Below, piece after piece: positions 50,830-63,668 of a stretch of DNA of 64,000 bases. Position 1 is the stretch's first letter, and every line of letters begins with the position of its first letter. This DNA is from Tricharina praecox (taxonomy: Eukaryota), in NCBI RefSeq assembly GCF_024521635.1, contig NW_026250412.1, positions 372,001 to 436,000 on the forward strand. The letters are read 5' to 3'. The notes beneath the pieces were generated by a model, which saw only the letters and a program-made list of their open reading frames with translations, was not told the origin of the DNA and made no database searches. The position numbers were made by a program, and so were the translations under genes.

Positions 50830-51113
50830 CATGCTGGGGCTAGGTCCCTAACAACCTTCAGGGTGTCGGCAACAACACGTCCATGCGGTAAACAACGCTC
50901 TCGATCTTCGCCCCGTGCCTTCACCGTCACAGCTACTGGAACTACCACAACTCTACAATTCCCACGATCCCCACAACCACCATAATACCGCCGTCGCTAC
51001 ATTTCTCCGATAAGCTCTGTGGACATCTTCTCGACCGGGGGCTGTCCACGCCCAACTCCGATTGCAATCTCAGTGTATTATAATCGAATCGGCTCAGCAG
51101 TACGATCGCAGCC

Positions 51114-54100
51114 ATGATGGGACCTGGGGGCCCTCACACGCGGCGAGAAAACAACCAAGACTGGTCCACCGCGCGGTGCCACCGGTTGATCCGCCCGCTC
51201 ACCTCCAAACTCCACCGACTCAAGACCCTTCTTGCGCATCCATCAGTCGCAGCTGCCGTCAGCCCTCCGAAGGGGATCAAGAAAAGCGCGGATGAGCTAC
51301 CGTACGTCCCTCCGAAATTCATCGGCGCCGCCGCAAAGAGGAGGAAGAACCGCGGCGAAGATGTCGGCGCAATGTTCACCGGGGAAACGAAACGCTCAGT
51401 TCGGGCGCTGAACACGTACACGTCCGGCAAAAGAACGCTCGCTCTACATCCACAGGTGTTGCCTCAATATGAGCCTATGACGAGAGAAGTGTTGGACATG
51501 GCCTTCCCGATTCCCTTATTGGGGTACGAAAGCCGGACTGCGACGCGGCCATTCCGTCGCAAGGGCGTAGATCTTTTTCGGGAACATTCAGATCCACTGC
51601 ACCCGCCGACACTGCTGCAGTCCCTCAAAGCAATTGTCAGGCCCGAGGTGTTTCAAATGTACACTGGGATCTATGCCGCGCTCGAGAACATTCTCGTATC
51701 GACAGCGTTTCCGTTGCCGGCCGGTGACGCCCCGTCGCTAAGGGTTCTTGCGGCGCGGAGAATCGCCGTGTGCATCCTCGCAACCGACCAGGAGCTGGAG
51801 TCCGACGACGTGTGGTACGATTCCGTCGGCGATATCGGCGTGGCCGGCGAGTACAGGAGAGACATTGTGCGCTGGCATGCGATTGAGCTGGTGCGGGATG
51901 CAGTGTGCTCGGGGTTGCTGCCATCGCAGCAAAAGAACGGGTTGGGACTCGCTGGGGTGCTGGTGGGATTGTGTCGAGGCCTCAAGGCGAACGCAGAGGC
52001 CGAAAGCCTCCTCAAGACGTTGACGGAGGTGTACCCGCTGTCAGAGAACGTCACCAATCCGGCACTGGTCACACTGACTTCGTTTTGGCGCCACGAGGAT
52101 AAAGAACTATTCCGACTTCTTGGGGACGCCCTCGTCGACGAGGGGAATCCCGCCCTGCTCGGGAATATCACCGTCAACCGCATGTTGAAGCGCGCGATGT
52201 TCACCGTGGCAGACTGCGAGGTGTCGCGCAACCTCGTGACGAAAGCGCTTGAGGTCGCCTTCGGGATATGGGGCAAGGGCCACGTCCTCGCTGCGGCAAA
52301 GAAACGCAAGCAACTCGCTCGGCGGAAGGGCGGGCATCGGTCCAGTAAAACTGCCACCAGCCATAACGATGCGGCCCGTCAGAAACCCCGTGGCGGCAAA
52401 CCCGTTTCCGTGCGCATCGGCGAGAGGGCCGAGGAAATAGTATTTCATCTCACCGAGAAACTGGTCGCCGCGAGCCACAACCCCGCGGACACCAACGCGC
52501 TGGATGTCATCAACCATCTGACCCGAGGGTTTCTCCTGCAAGACGAGGCTATACGCACTTCGGTCGAGGACGTGTGGTCGGAGTGGTATCCTGTCGCCGC
52601 GAAGGTAGCTATTCTCCTCCAGAGCCTGGGACGGGACCCGGAGGATGATGCACTCATCGTTGGAGAGCTAGTTCGGTGTCTTGACGACCTTAGAGAGGAC
52701 GGGATTAGAGAGGACGGCCTCAAGTCTCTGGGCGAATACGTGGCGGCATGCTACGGGAACCTCTACACGGCCACTGGAAAATCCATCACTAGCGGCGATG
52801 AGGTTGTTTCTCTTGTGCGAGATCTGATAACCTACGCCACGACGGGGACATATCCGCCAAAAACCAGCTACGCGGAGCAAGAGGAATCTACTACAGCCGC
52901 CGAACCGACCACGCCCTTCAAGCCCAAGTACGGAGCCATAATGTTCACCCCGGGGAAGAAGCCCGTCGATTACCAGCAGGAAAAGGCGCGCTATTACATC
53001 ACGAGGCTAGCGCTCAACGTGGCAAACGGATTCTCGTCGCTCGATAGTACCAAGCATAGTGAGAGGTGGGCCGGCTGGCAGCGAAGCGTGGTGCACCAGA
53101 TCATCGGGTTGAAGGTCCGCACGCCAGCTAAGTTTGTGACTAAAACTGCTCCCGAGAACGGCAAGAAGGAGAGGAAGGGGTGGAGATTCGAGGAGGGGAT
53201 TTCTGAGTGGGTCGAAGTGGGCGGTACTCCGGGTGGTGCCCTGGCGAAGGCTAGGAAGGAGAAGAGGGCTATGCTCAAGAATCCTGACAAGAACAAGGCT
53301 GCGCGCAAGAATTCTGAGAAGAAAAAGGCTACGCTTGATCATATCGAGATGCAAATACCTTTCTACTTAAAGCAGAACCCAAACTGGAGGGACGAACACG
53401 AGATCTTTTCTGATGTCGATATGGATGGAGAAGAGAGTGATAACGAGGAGGAGGAGGAGGCGTCGGAGTCGGAGGAGAACACCGAGTCCACCAAAAAGCC
53501 GCAGCAGCAGCCCGCCTCAGTCCGCTCCTCCATCTCACGACCCGAGTCGGAATCGGACTACCCGAACACCTCGTTCTCGCGGCTCTTCGACAACGACTCC
53601 GAGAGTTCCGTTAGTTCCGCGGACTCGGCGTCCGAATACGAAGAAGGTGAAGAGAAAGATGAGGACGTCAAGTACTATGCGGCGACCCCCGTCTGCCCAA
53701 TGTCCAGCATCCGCCGCTCACCGAGGAATACGGAGCGCATCAAGCGTAGTCTCGACTCGCTGTCTGCTATGCTGCCCAGCTCGTCGCCAATGACGTTTGG
53801 TCGCGCGTTTACCCCCCTAAGGGATTACGGAAAGAAACGGAGACAGCCAGTGGTTACTTTCTCGTCGCCATCTCCCATGAGTGAGGTGGAAGAAGAGGTT
53901 GGGGGCGCGGACGAGGAGGAGAGTGCGGACGAGGAGGAGAGCGCGAACGAGGAGGACAAGGAGGAGGATGAGGACATCACCGTCAACCCGCCACAGCGCT
54001 CTCGGTCCACCACCCGGCCCACCACCCGGCCCACCACCCGGCCCACCACGCGCCCGCTCTCGGCAGTCCCCCACAACCTCCGTCCCAGCCAGCCTCCCAA

Positions 54101-54341
54101 GCGTAAGCATGCGGGCTCCGATGACCTGTACGTGGAGGATGCAGGCGGCGAGGAGGAGGAAGACGAACTCAGTACTGCTCGCAACAACACTACGCACTCC
54201 GTCTTCTCGGGACGCAGCAGGAAGCGCAGATCATTGCTGTGTGTTAAGCCCGCGCAGAAACAGCGAGGGAACCACGGTCGTGGAAGAAAGCTTGTGGCCG
54301 CGGCTCAGAGTGACGATGAGGATGAGCTGACGATGATGTGA
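51114..54341 (+). CDS. Hypothetical protein, 1075 aa, intronless; helical core and acidic Ser-rich disordered tail
   Basis: Long ORF with coding-like composition; motifs WSTARCHRLIRPLTSKL and WRFEEGISEWV..TP; ends DDEDELTMM. Confidence 0.85.
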   Translation: MMGPGGPHTRRENNQDWSTARCHRLIRPLTSKLHRLKTLLAHPSVAAAVSPPKGIKKSADELPYVPPKFIGAAAKRRKNRGEDVGAMFTGETKRSVRALNTYTSGKRTLALHPQVLPQYEPMTREVLDMAFPIPLLGYESRTATRPFRRKGVDLFREHSDPLHPPTLLQSLKAIVRPEVFQMYTGIYAALENILVSTAFPLPAGDAPSLRVLAARRIAVCILATDQELESDDVWYDSVGDIGVAGEYRRDIVRWHAIELVRDAVCSGLLPSQQKNGLGLAGVLVGLCRGLKANAEAESLLKTLTEVYPLSENVTNPALVTLTSFWRHEDKELFRLLGDALVDEGNPALLGNITVNRMLKRAMFTVADCEVSRNLVTKALEVAFGIWGKGHVLAAAKKRKQLARRKGGHRSSKTATSHNDAARQKPRGGKPVSVRIGERAEEIVFHLTEKLVAASHNPADTNALDVINHLTRGFLLQDEAIRTSVEDVWSEWYPVAAKVAILLQSLGRDPEDDALIVGELVRCLDDLREDGIREDGLKSLGEYVAACYGNLYTATGKSITSGDEVVSLVRDLITYATTGTYPPKTSYAEQEESTTAAEPTTPFKPKYGAIMFTPGKKPVDYQQEKARYYITRLALNVANGFSSLDSTKHSERWAGWQRSVVHQIIGLKVRTPAKFVTKTAPENGKKERKGWRFEEGISEWVEVGGTPGGALAKARKEKRAMLKNPDKNKAARKNSEKKKATLDHIEMQIPFYLKQNPNWRDEHEIFSDVDMDGEESDNEEEEEASESEENTESTKKPQQQPASVRSSISRPESESDYPNTSFSRLFDNDSESSVSSADSASEYEEGEEKDEDVKYYAATPVCPMSSIRRSPRNTERIKRSLDSLSAMLPSSSPMTFGRAFTPLRDYGKKRRQPVVTFSSPSPMSEVEEEVGGADEEESADEEESANEEDKEEDEDITVNPPQRSRSTTRPTTRPTTRPTTRPLSAVPHNLRPSQPPKRKHAGSDDLYVEDAGGEEEEDELSTARNNTTHSVFSGRSRKRRSLLCVKPAQKQRGNHGRGRKLVAAAQSDDEDELTMM

Positions 54342-54867
54342 TACGCCGGAAAAGCGAACAACAACCTGAGTACCAAATCGTTGGGAAATAGAGGTAGTTT
54401 GGGAGGTAGGAGATGTGTGATTTTCTTGTTTCCAATTCTGTATTGATGGTTGTACTTATTAGGTATATGTACATTGTTTTGTCCGTTCTGTTGGTGTCAT
54501 TGTTTGTCCGTTCTGTTGGTGTTTCTGTCTGTTGGTGTTTGGAGTCTGCTGCTGTTGTGCTGTACTACTACTATACCTCGGGCGTTTTTGGGTTGGTAGA
54601 ATTGATTTGCTTCACTGGCCGCATCAGCATCACTCGAATCTCGGGCTTCCATTCAGGTTCAGCTATCATTAAACTGTGTCCACTTTATTTTCCATTCCTC
54701 CCCACACACACAAGCACGTAGCACACACACGCACAGCACAACACGTAACATGAACAAACATCCAAATCAAACATTTAAACAATAACGCAAAGTCAAGTCA
54801 AGGAAAGGAAAGGTAGAGCAACCGCAATACAATATCCACTACAGCCCATCCCGCCGAACACACACAC

Positions 54868-57817
54868 CTATGAATTTCCCACCTTGTCCCTCAGCGCCGC
54901 CAAAAAGGTCGGTAGTCCGACCCCCATATCGGCACGATCCTCGATGAGCATGGTCTGGGCCCACAGCCTCAAACTGGGCTCACCATCCTGGCGAACAATG
55001 TAGAGATGGGGCACAGTGATGCAGCCCACCTTCTTGCTCTTGTGATCGCGTGACTTTTCCACAACTGCGCGGATCCGCTCGTTGAACTCGCCGTCCTCGA
55101 CCATGGGAAGAGTGGTCTTGCCGACTTTGACGTGCTCGATTGATGGCAGGCCGAAGACGTCCTGGATCAGCTGCGGAACGGCCTGCGAGCCTACCCAGAG
55201 GAACTGCGTCTGCCCGTCGTCGAGGAGGTACAGCCCGTACGGGTGTAGGCGCTCGGAGGAGAGGTTCATTGGTGTAGGCATGATGATTTCGCCGGTTTCC
55301 GCATGCATGGTGCCGCAAGTGTCGGGCATGTCGTGGAGGGAGTAAAGGCGCGGGTAGATATATTGCATTAGGAGGGGAGCAGGGAGGGTAGAAAGGAGGG
55401 CCAGCGCGGCGGAACGGAGGTCGGTGGGAATTTGTGTGGATTTGCGGAGACCGACGTGCTTCATCAGTGCTAGGAACAGGACGACGAGCCCACGGAGGTT
55501 GCCGGCGAAGGAGAGAGGACTGGAGGCGCCCATGTGCGAGGCCGTGCATTCCTTTTTGTAGGTGACCAGAAGCTCGGTGATCTTCTGTTGGAGGGCATCA
55601 CGGGCGGCGTCGAGGCCATTGCTGAGCGTCTTCTCGACAGCCTTATGAGCAAAGTACGTGGTGATGGCTACTTGGTCGGCGGAGGCATAGACGTCCGCGA
55701 CGTTTTGGGTGGTAGGAAGTGCCAGTGTCATCACACGGATACGTCTCTCACCGTTGCAGGTGGTGTGGAGAACAGCAGTCTGCATGCAGACGAACTTCTG
55801 ACCGAGAGTCTCGTCGATGGCCACCTCAACAACGTATCCTTGGTCCCTGGGGAACGCCGGGAAAGCGCACAGATCCGAGGACCGGTTGAAGAAGTTTCCG
55901 TAGAACGTCTGCATCCGGAGGCCAGTAGTGGCACGAACTCGCATGACCGCCTCGAGAGCAATCTCGGCGGACAGATGGTCTGAAAATTCTCTCGCAAACT
56001 TGATCGCATCCTCGCTCCTGGTGGCGTTCCATCCAGGGTAATGCCATGTCTGCCCACCAGTGTACCTTGGAAGGTTGCTGAGCGAAGCCACGTCCTGGTA
56101 ACCATTGGCAAAGAGAAACATGTCCACCGAAACTTGGTTCTTAGAGCATTCGACAGCGAACGACTTGTAAAAGCTGTTGCCAGTCTGCAGAAGTGAGCTC
56201 TCCTTACCAGTTCCTAGCAGCTTCTTGTCTTCTCTCATCTCCAGTTTGCCGGCACCCATATTCGGTAGAGTGGCCGTAAGAACCACCATCTTTCCACCGA
56301 TAGCAGCGATGAGCTTGTGGCCTGCCTGAAGGGCGCTGCCCATACAGCTGGAAGGGTTCGTAGTGTACTGGAACATATCCTGCATTTTTGCAAGAAGATT
56401 CTCCACACCCTCGCGGCAGTCGGCCAAGGGTACCAGGAGATCTCCCGGAATGGGCAGGAAAGGCTCATCCAGGTCCGAAACTACCAGCATACTGGGCTCC
56501 GTGCAATCCCGTGGGATCGAGAAGTAGTGCAGAGAGCTATCTACGCATACGAAACCTAACCTCGTTCGCCTGTCCGCATTCGGGATTCGGTCCAAGCTCT
56601 CGAGGATGGTCCGCGCAGCGGTAGCAAGCAGACCGCACTGAACCGCCTGATAACTGACGTCCAGGAGGAAAAGGTACACCAAGGGTTGCGGCGGGCGAAC
56701 CATATACTCCTGGGGCGCAATAAACTCCACAACGCTGTAGTTCAGCTCCGCTCGCTGCCATCTATCCACGTTCTGTTGCTGTGCCTGGTCCCAATCGAAA
56801 GCCTGAGGAACATCGTTTGTGAGATTGCACATGTTGCAGCGCCAGCGGTGGCCGTGGTCTAGGAAGGCGGCATATGGGTTAATATAAGAACGGCAACGGC
56901 GACAACGCGAGATAACGGTATCGGAGATGAGCGGCACGGGGTCTTCGGCATCGTGGAGGGAGGTGTAGGGTTGGATGATCAGCGCAAACGGCAGTTTCGA
57001 CTTCTTGAGCAGGTGGTTCGTGGCCGGTACCGCGTTTATCGTGGATCTCATGTACTGCGGAGGACAATTTGCGTTCGGACTAGGAGTCAAAGCGGCCTGC
57101 AAGTGGGGTATTCATCATCAGCTCCAGAGCCCACGCGCAATAGCAATAGTAGTAGTACAAACGTACATTCGGCGGCAACATGATTTCCGGCGGCGGAAGA
57201 TCCAACTCGGCGGCATTGAACGGCTGCTGCATCAGATCGACAGTAAACAGCTGGTTCAAGCCCTGAGCTTTCTGCACTCCCATCGGCTGCGGCATCACCT
57301 GCGGTGCCGTCGCCGGCATCGGTGCAGCCCCACCCATTCCCATCTGGCCAAACTGTTGCGTCACACCCCCGACAGGATCGTACCCACCGCCAACAGCACC
57401 AGGATAGCCAGACTGCTGCATCCCCATCGGCTGAACGAACTGCGACTGCTGCTGTGCCGAATCCGCGTATCCCGGTTGAGCTCCCGGGTATCCTTGGGCC
57501 CCGCCCTGATACATTCCCCCGGCGCCCGTCGAGCCCGGCGTCAACGCGGCATTGGCGCCCTGACCGAACTCAAACTGCTGCTCGGCGTAGCCCCGTCTCT
57601 TCCCCCGGCCTGCACCAGCGGCAGCACCGGTAGGAGGTGGACCTTGTGCTTGTGGCGTTGGGAAGCCAGGCTGTTGAGGAGGATAGCCGGGTTGCGGGCC
57701 TTGACCATACTGTGCGGGGGGTTGCTGCTGTGCGTATAGATCGGGCTGACCGAACTGCTGGTATTGCTGTTGGTTGGGGTCCGCGTATGGGGCACCCGGT
57801 GGAGGAGGAGATGCCAT
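54868..57817 (-). CDS. SEC24: COPII coat subunit Sec24, about 959 aa; exons 57817-57167, 57096-54868
   Basis: Q/P/G-rich N-terminus; zinc finger [51 protein letters not shown]. Intron GTACGT..CAG. Confidence 0.97.
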
Positions 57818-58695
57818 GATGCTGTAGTGTGAATGTTCCGTTCGTTACTTTGTTTGGGTGGTGGGTAGGTAGGTAGCGGGGGGCGACGGGTTCGTGGGTG
57901 ATGGATGGGAGAGAAGTTGTGGATGATGTGGTTTAATGGAGTCGATGCCGACCAGTATGTTTCAGTTCAGAGCCCAGATCTTAGCTGGTGAGGAGTTCAA
58001 GTGTACAAGAGATGGAGGGTAAGTAAAATGGGAGTGATCCAAGGGCTGGGGAGAAAGATAGAATGAGAGCTTTATTTTTTTGGAATGGTTCTTGCGTATG
58101 ATGTTGATGTAGCAAGAAACAAGCATCCCGCAGCCCACCACCACCGCCACTACTTTGGTAACAATAATCTTCGGTAGAGGACAGAGTTGTGTGATGCGTC
58201 GCTCGATGCTCTTTGCCGCAGCTCGGATGGGGATTAGCGGGATTCGCTTGGCATTAGTTAGTCAGAGGTACATGGAGATCGGATCAGATAGAGACTGATG
58301 TGATCTGATAAGTGGTGATTAGATCAGCAGAAAGATAACAAGATAAGCAGATATCTTTTCGGCAAAGAGAAGAAGAGTCGGGCGAAGAGGGCGAGAGACT
58401 CGGAGGGAGAGGTCGAACGGAAGAACTGCCAACGAAGAGAAAGCCTGTGACGTGAGTTGCCAACTGCTGTTATTGCTGCTTCCGCCTCGGCTTGTCCCCC
58501 GCCCATCGCATCCATCCCAACCTACGTACCAACCACAGCCAACCTAGAGTACAAACATCTTCACACTCGCGGCAGGCAACCTTCAAATAATACACACCCC
58601 CGCCACATTATTCAAATTCTTCGTCCCTCCAACCCACCAACCACCACCCCCACCCACTCAACTCCACGCTTACTTCCACCACCACCGCAGTAGCA

Positions 58696-59421
58696 ATGGT
58701 AGAAACTTCCAAAGTCGTCCTCTATGGCGTAGCCGCGGCATTCGCATTGACAAGTGGTACGCCTCACAACCCGCACGCAAGTTCCCACCACTAACTGTTT
58801 ATCCACAGCATGTACGTCACCTCATCTCCAACCACCACCACCCACCCACCCCCCGCTCCCGCCCAACTCACTGACCTCGTAGACGCCGCATACTTTGACT
58901 ACAAGCGCCGCAACGATGTTAATTTCCGCAAGTCCCTGAAGAGAGAAAAGCGCCAGCACGCGAAGGCGCAGCGGGCACAGCAGAACGCAGCGAATGAGTC
59001 CCAACGGGAACAGCTGCGTCTGGCGGTGCGTCAAGCACAGGCCGAGGGATTCCCTACCGATGTGGAGGAGAAGGAGGCGTACTTCATGAGCGAGGTCGCG
59101 AAGGGAGAGACGCTGTGTGCTGAGGGTATATTCTGCCCAAGGGAATGAAGGGAAGGGGGAGAACTGATGGTCTGGTGAATAGGCCCCGACAGTGCCATCG
59201 AGGCTGCGCTGTGCTTCTACAGGGCTTTGAAGGTCTACCCCCAGCCACAGGACCTGATTTCGATCTACGATAAGACCGTGCCCAAGGTATTACCTTCTCT
59301 CTTGTCATTCCGACCACATTGCTAACCCGCGCTTCAGCACGTCCTGGACCTGCTCGCAGAGATGTTGGCCGTCGACCGTAGTATCATCACTGACGTCGAT
59401 GGCCCACTTCTTGACGAGTAG
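58696..59421 (+). CDS. TOM20: Mitochondrial import receptor Tom20, 164 aa; exons 58696-58756, 58809-58811 (3 nt), 58883-59125, 59183-59286, 59338-59421
   Basis: N-terminal anchor followed by [40 protein letters not shown] and [29 protein letters not shown]. Confidence 0.93.
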
Positions 59422-59923
59422 ACGTCTACCCATTCCCACCATAGCCATAGATCCACCGTGGCCGAAGACCCTGCTCGCTTGATAAGTTTGGATTTCGTGG
59501 GGAAGCTGGCATTGGCAGAAAAAGTTTAATGAAAGGGTTGCCTTCAATCTCTCCCCAGGATCTTTGTCACTCTCCTTGGGGTTTTGCTCTTGTTCTTTTT
59601 CCTTGTCGTTTTCCCTTCTCTCGATTTCTTAACGTGGTGTGCATTGTACGATTTTGTGGTTGTGCTTGAAGAAAACCGGCGTGCATCGGTAGCAGTGAAG
59701 GAGGATAGAGCGTGGATGGATGGATGGATGGGTTGCTGGTGGGTAGGAGAAGGTTCCCTTTGCCTCTGTCTGTATCCTACGATGTTGTACATAGAAACAG
59801 TTCTCCTACGTACTGTCTCTGTCTACCTGTGTGAAACACCAAAACTCCCTATCGCCATATGTAGTTTACACGCAAAGAATCCCATTTCCTCAAGTATGTT
59901 GCCCGCTTTGACTATAGTACCTA

Positions 59924-61138
59924 CTATTGTCCTTTCCCTTTGCCCTCGCCTTCGGCCATTTCTCTGATGAAGACTTTGATCGTGTCGGGCGGACACTCTC
60001 CGTCATTCCTGCCATCCTCGAACCCACCACTACTTCCTATCGCCAGGTATTTTCCATCCTTGTTGAACGACAACCCGGCAATGCTGGCTCCGAACTTCTG
60101 GTACTGTCTCAACCTCCGCTTCGCCATTCCATCCCACAGACTCACGACACCGTCACCACCACCAGAAGCAAACGTTCCATACACCGGGTGGAACGCCAAC
60201 GCATTGACGGGGTAGACCACATCGACGCCATTCTCAACCTGCCTATGGCACTTGAATGCATATTTCCTCGCCTGGACCTCATCGCTGGAATCAAAGAACT
60301 CGACCGCCACCCGTCCCTCGATCGACGACGATGCGTACCCGAGGCCGTTGGGCATGCATGCAACGGTGCGTGTCATGAACTTGAGACTGGATTCGCGCAC
60401 CTGCGACGGCTCCGACATGTTGCGGAGGTCGTAGAGGTGGAAGGCGCGCGCCGCCATGGCTATTACCAACGTGTGCCCGCTCGTGGAGAGAGAGTAAATC
60501 TTGTGGAGTTGCTCGTGTTTGCTGGTCAGTGGGGTCGAGGACCGCGGGTCGTAAAGGTGCACGTGGTTGTCCCAACCGCCGGATATTAGGGATTCTGATT
60601 GGTGGTTAGCGGCAGAGCGGGGGAGGGGGAAGCAGGGGAAGACTACTGATTTCGGTGTTGTAGCAAATAGACTTAACGCTTTGCTCGTGAGTTCCCAGCA
60701 GCTTAACCTTTCCCGTCTCCGGATCCAGCCTGTCATTACACTCTCAATCAGCTCCTGCCATCACTCTCGCCTACTCGCACACACACCACCCAACAGAGGA
60801 GCTGCATACTGATTTACGGTCCAGTCCAACCCTCCAGAAAACACGTCACCGTCACCCTCGCCGAAGCAGCAGTCCAGCACAGGCGCTGCATGTGCAAATC
60901 GCGTCAGTTCCGACCCGGCCTGATCAACGCCACTATGCGTGTCGTAAAGATGCACGTACTTGTCCCACGAGGAGACGAGGAGCCGCGTCGGCGTTTGGGG
61001 GGAAAATGTGAGAGAGGAGATGGCGTCCGACGGCGGTGAGGGGAGCTCGCGCTGGTTTGATGCTGTTGCTGGAAACATGTGTTAGTCAGACAATTGATGG
61101 GTTGTGGAGAGAGAGCGGAGAGAGATACCCGAGGCCAT
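59924..61138 (-). CDS. BUB3: Mitotic checkpoint WD40 protein Bub3, about 340 aa; exons 61138-61129, 61068-60810, 60729-60647, 60594-59924
   Basis: [83 protein letters not shown]. These fit Bub3 better than Rae1. Confidence 0.93.
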
Positions 61139-62100
61139 GGTTTGCTGTGTGATGGGTGAGTCGTTGGTGGTCGTTGTCGGTTCGATGTTTGGAATGTCTG
61201 GCTGGCTGGCTGGCGGGCTGGCGGCGGCGCGGCAAGTGAATGCGTCGTGTGGTGACTGACGCGAAGGATAAGAAGTCGAACGTGAAGAAACGCTATTTAC
61301 CCGGCGATCTCCTCGCTTACCACCCACCTCTAGACCGTTTTTCGGGTGCATTCGCTACCACAGAGGGACACAATTGTAGAGTGCAGTCGAAATTGCGGTG
61401 AGGAGGTGGTGGGGAAGAAGTCAGACTCGATCAATACTGCTGAATCAAAGCGTGGACTTGTTGTTCGTTGGATCCTCAATTCAGCGCTTTGTTGCCAATT
61501 TGAGGTTCATTTATTTCGATTTATTTATGGCGGACACGCAGCGAGTACTGATCACGTGGAGGGACATTTATTGGGGTTCGTCACAAGACATTTCACTACC
61601 GACAGTTTCAAATACAATTGACTGTTGTAACGGTCACACCGCCGAGGATAATCGTCCTCGCTTTGCAGAAGTAGGAAAAGACAGGTGGGAGAGAACAGAA
61701 CATATTGGGGCTTCGCCTTGAAAGACGCTTCTACCCGCTTGTGAAGACGATTGAGTGTCTGCACTTCTATCGGGCAGATCTTCAACCCTAAAACTCTCCA
61801 GCAAGCCGGCTGTCTTCCTTTCCAATATCTGCTTCGCAGCTTCGCACTCGCTGGCCTTTCTTCTTCTCTGGCCTTTCATTTCCGGGTTTCACCCTCCCTA
61901 TCCTCGCCTCGGTGGTCGGTCGTCACCCCCGTCGTTGCTAGCATCACCATCGATCAAATCAATCAATAGTAGATCGCTCGCTCGCCCTCTTGACGCGCTT
62001 CTACACCTCCGCTCGTCATCCATACCACCTATCACGCCCACCCCACACACCCCTTCTCCATGCTAGTATCGCTACTTCCTCTACGACGACCCTCATCGCC

Positions 62101-63668
62101 ATGAATTCGATCAACATCCTTGCTCCTCGCCAAAGGGACGAACTGTCAGTCCTCCTCTTCTCTTCTGTTCGCCTCATTGTTCTTCCCCGCGCACACACGG
62201 GTTTTTTTTAGCTAACGTGCCGCTTCACTCTCCGCCTGCACCCAAACACCAGACACAAAGCTATACTTGCATACCTCAACTCTAATGGGCTACCGAATAC
62301 GTGCGCCGCGATGCGGGAAGAGCTCGGCGTCGGTGACGAGTTCCTGGACGACGGAAAGATGAAGAAGTACGAGGGGCTACTGGAGAAGAAGTGGACCTCG
62401 GTCGTGCGTCTACAGAAGAAGGTGCGCCTCCAACTCCAACTACTGCGATCGCCACCACCGGCGGTACAGCGTAGAAGGGGTTCGGGAAGCTGATATGGCG
62501 TTGTACCTGTTAGATCATGGAGCTAGAATCCCGGACATCATCCTTACAAAGCGAGCTCGACTCGACCACACCGACATCTCTGGCGCGCAAGAACGTGGAC
62601 CCGACCGCGTGGCTCCCCCGAGCACCTCCGCGGCATAGTCTCGACGGTCACCGCAACCCAGTCACATCTGTAGCCTTCCATCCAGTGTTCTCGGTACTGG
62701 CGTCTGGCGCCGAAGACTCGACCATTAAGATCTGGGATTGGGAGATGGGGGAACTGGAAAGAACAGTGAAGGGCCACACCAAGGCTGTTTTGGATGTTGA
62801 CTTTGGGGGCCCTAAAGCTGGGGTGCTGCTGGCATCGTGCTCGAGCGATCTGACCATCAAACTGTGGGATCCAGCCAACGAGTATAAGAATATCCGCACG
62901 CTCACCGGTCACGACCACAGTGTATCGGCGGTGCGGTTCATCCCTAGTGCGGCCGGAGAGTATCTGGTGTCTGCATCGAGGGATAAGACCCTGCGGATAT
63001 GGGGCGTAACCACGGGATACTGCGTAAAGACCATTCAAGGCCACGCCGACTGGGTTCGGGATGTCTCGCCGTCGTTTGATGGCCGGTGGTTGGTCTCCGT
63101 TGGAAACGATCAAAGCGCCAGATTATGGGATGCATCGACAGCGGAGCACAAGGCTACATTCATGGGCCACGAGCATGTGGTAGAATGCGGCGTGTTTGCG
63201 CCCCCAGCCGCATATCCCTACCTCGCCCAAATCGCCGGTCTAAAGAAACCTCCCCCAGCCACATCGTCGTCGGAATTCGTCGCCACAGGGTCGAGAGACA
63301 AGACAATCAGGCTATGGGATTCGCGGGGTACACTACTCAAAACTCTCACTGGTCACGACAACTGGGTTCGAGCACTAGTTTTCCATCCCGGCGGAAAGTA
63401 TCTACTTTCGGTGAGCGACGATAAGACGATACGGTGCTGGGATCTGACGCAGGACGGGCGATGCGTAAAGACGGTCACCGATGCTCACAACCACTTCATC
63501 AGTTGCATACGATGGGCACCGGCACCGGCAAAGGAACCGCCACAGGCCGCCAACGGCGGGACAAGGATCAATGGTACGCTGGGCAAAGACGCGGCGGCGA
63601 AGGTGAACGTTAGATGTGTGATTGCGACGGGAAGTGTGGATATGAGCGTTAGGGTATTTGCATCATGA
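62101..63668 (+). CDS. nudF: Dynein regulator NudF/Pac1/LIS1, 455 aa; exons 62101-62144, 62253-62421, 62514-63668
   Basis: LisH-type [17 protein letters not shown], coiled coil [34 protein letters not shown] and WD40 repeats. Confidence 0.96.

Noticed and set aside
61346..61879. Short ORFs between BUB3 and nudF
   Set aside because: No motif or splice-consistent model; likely promoter or UTR.
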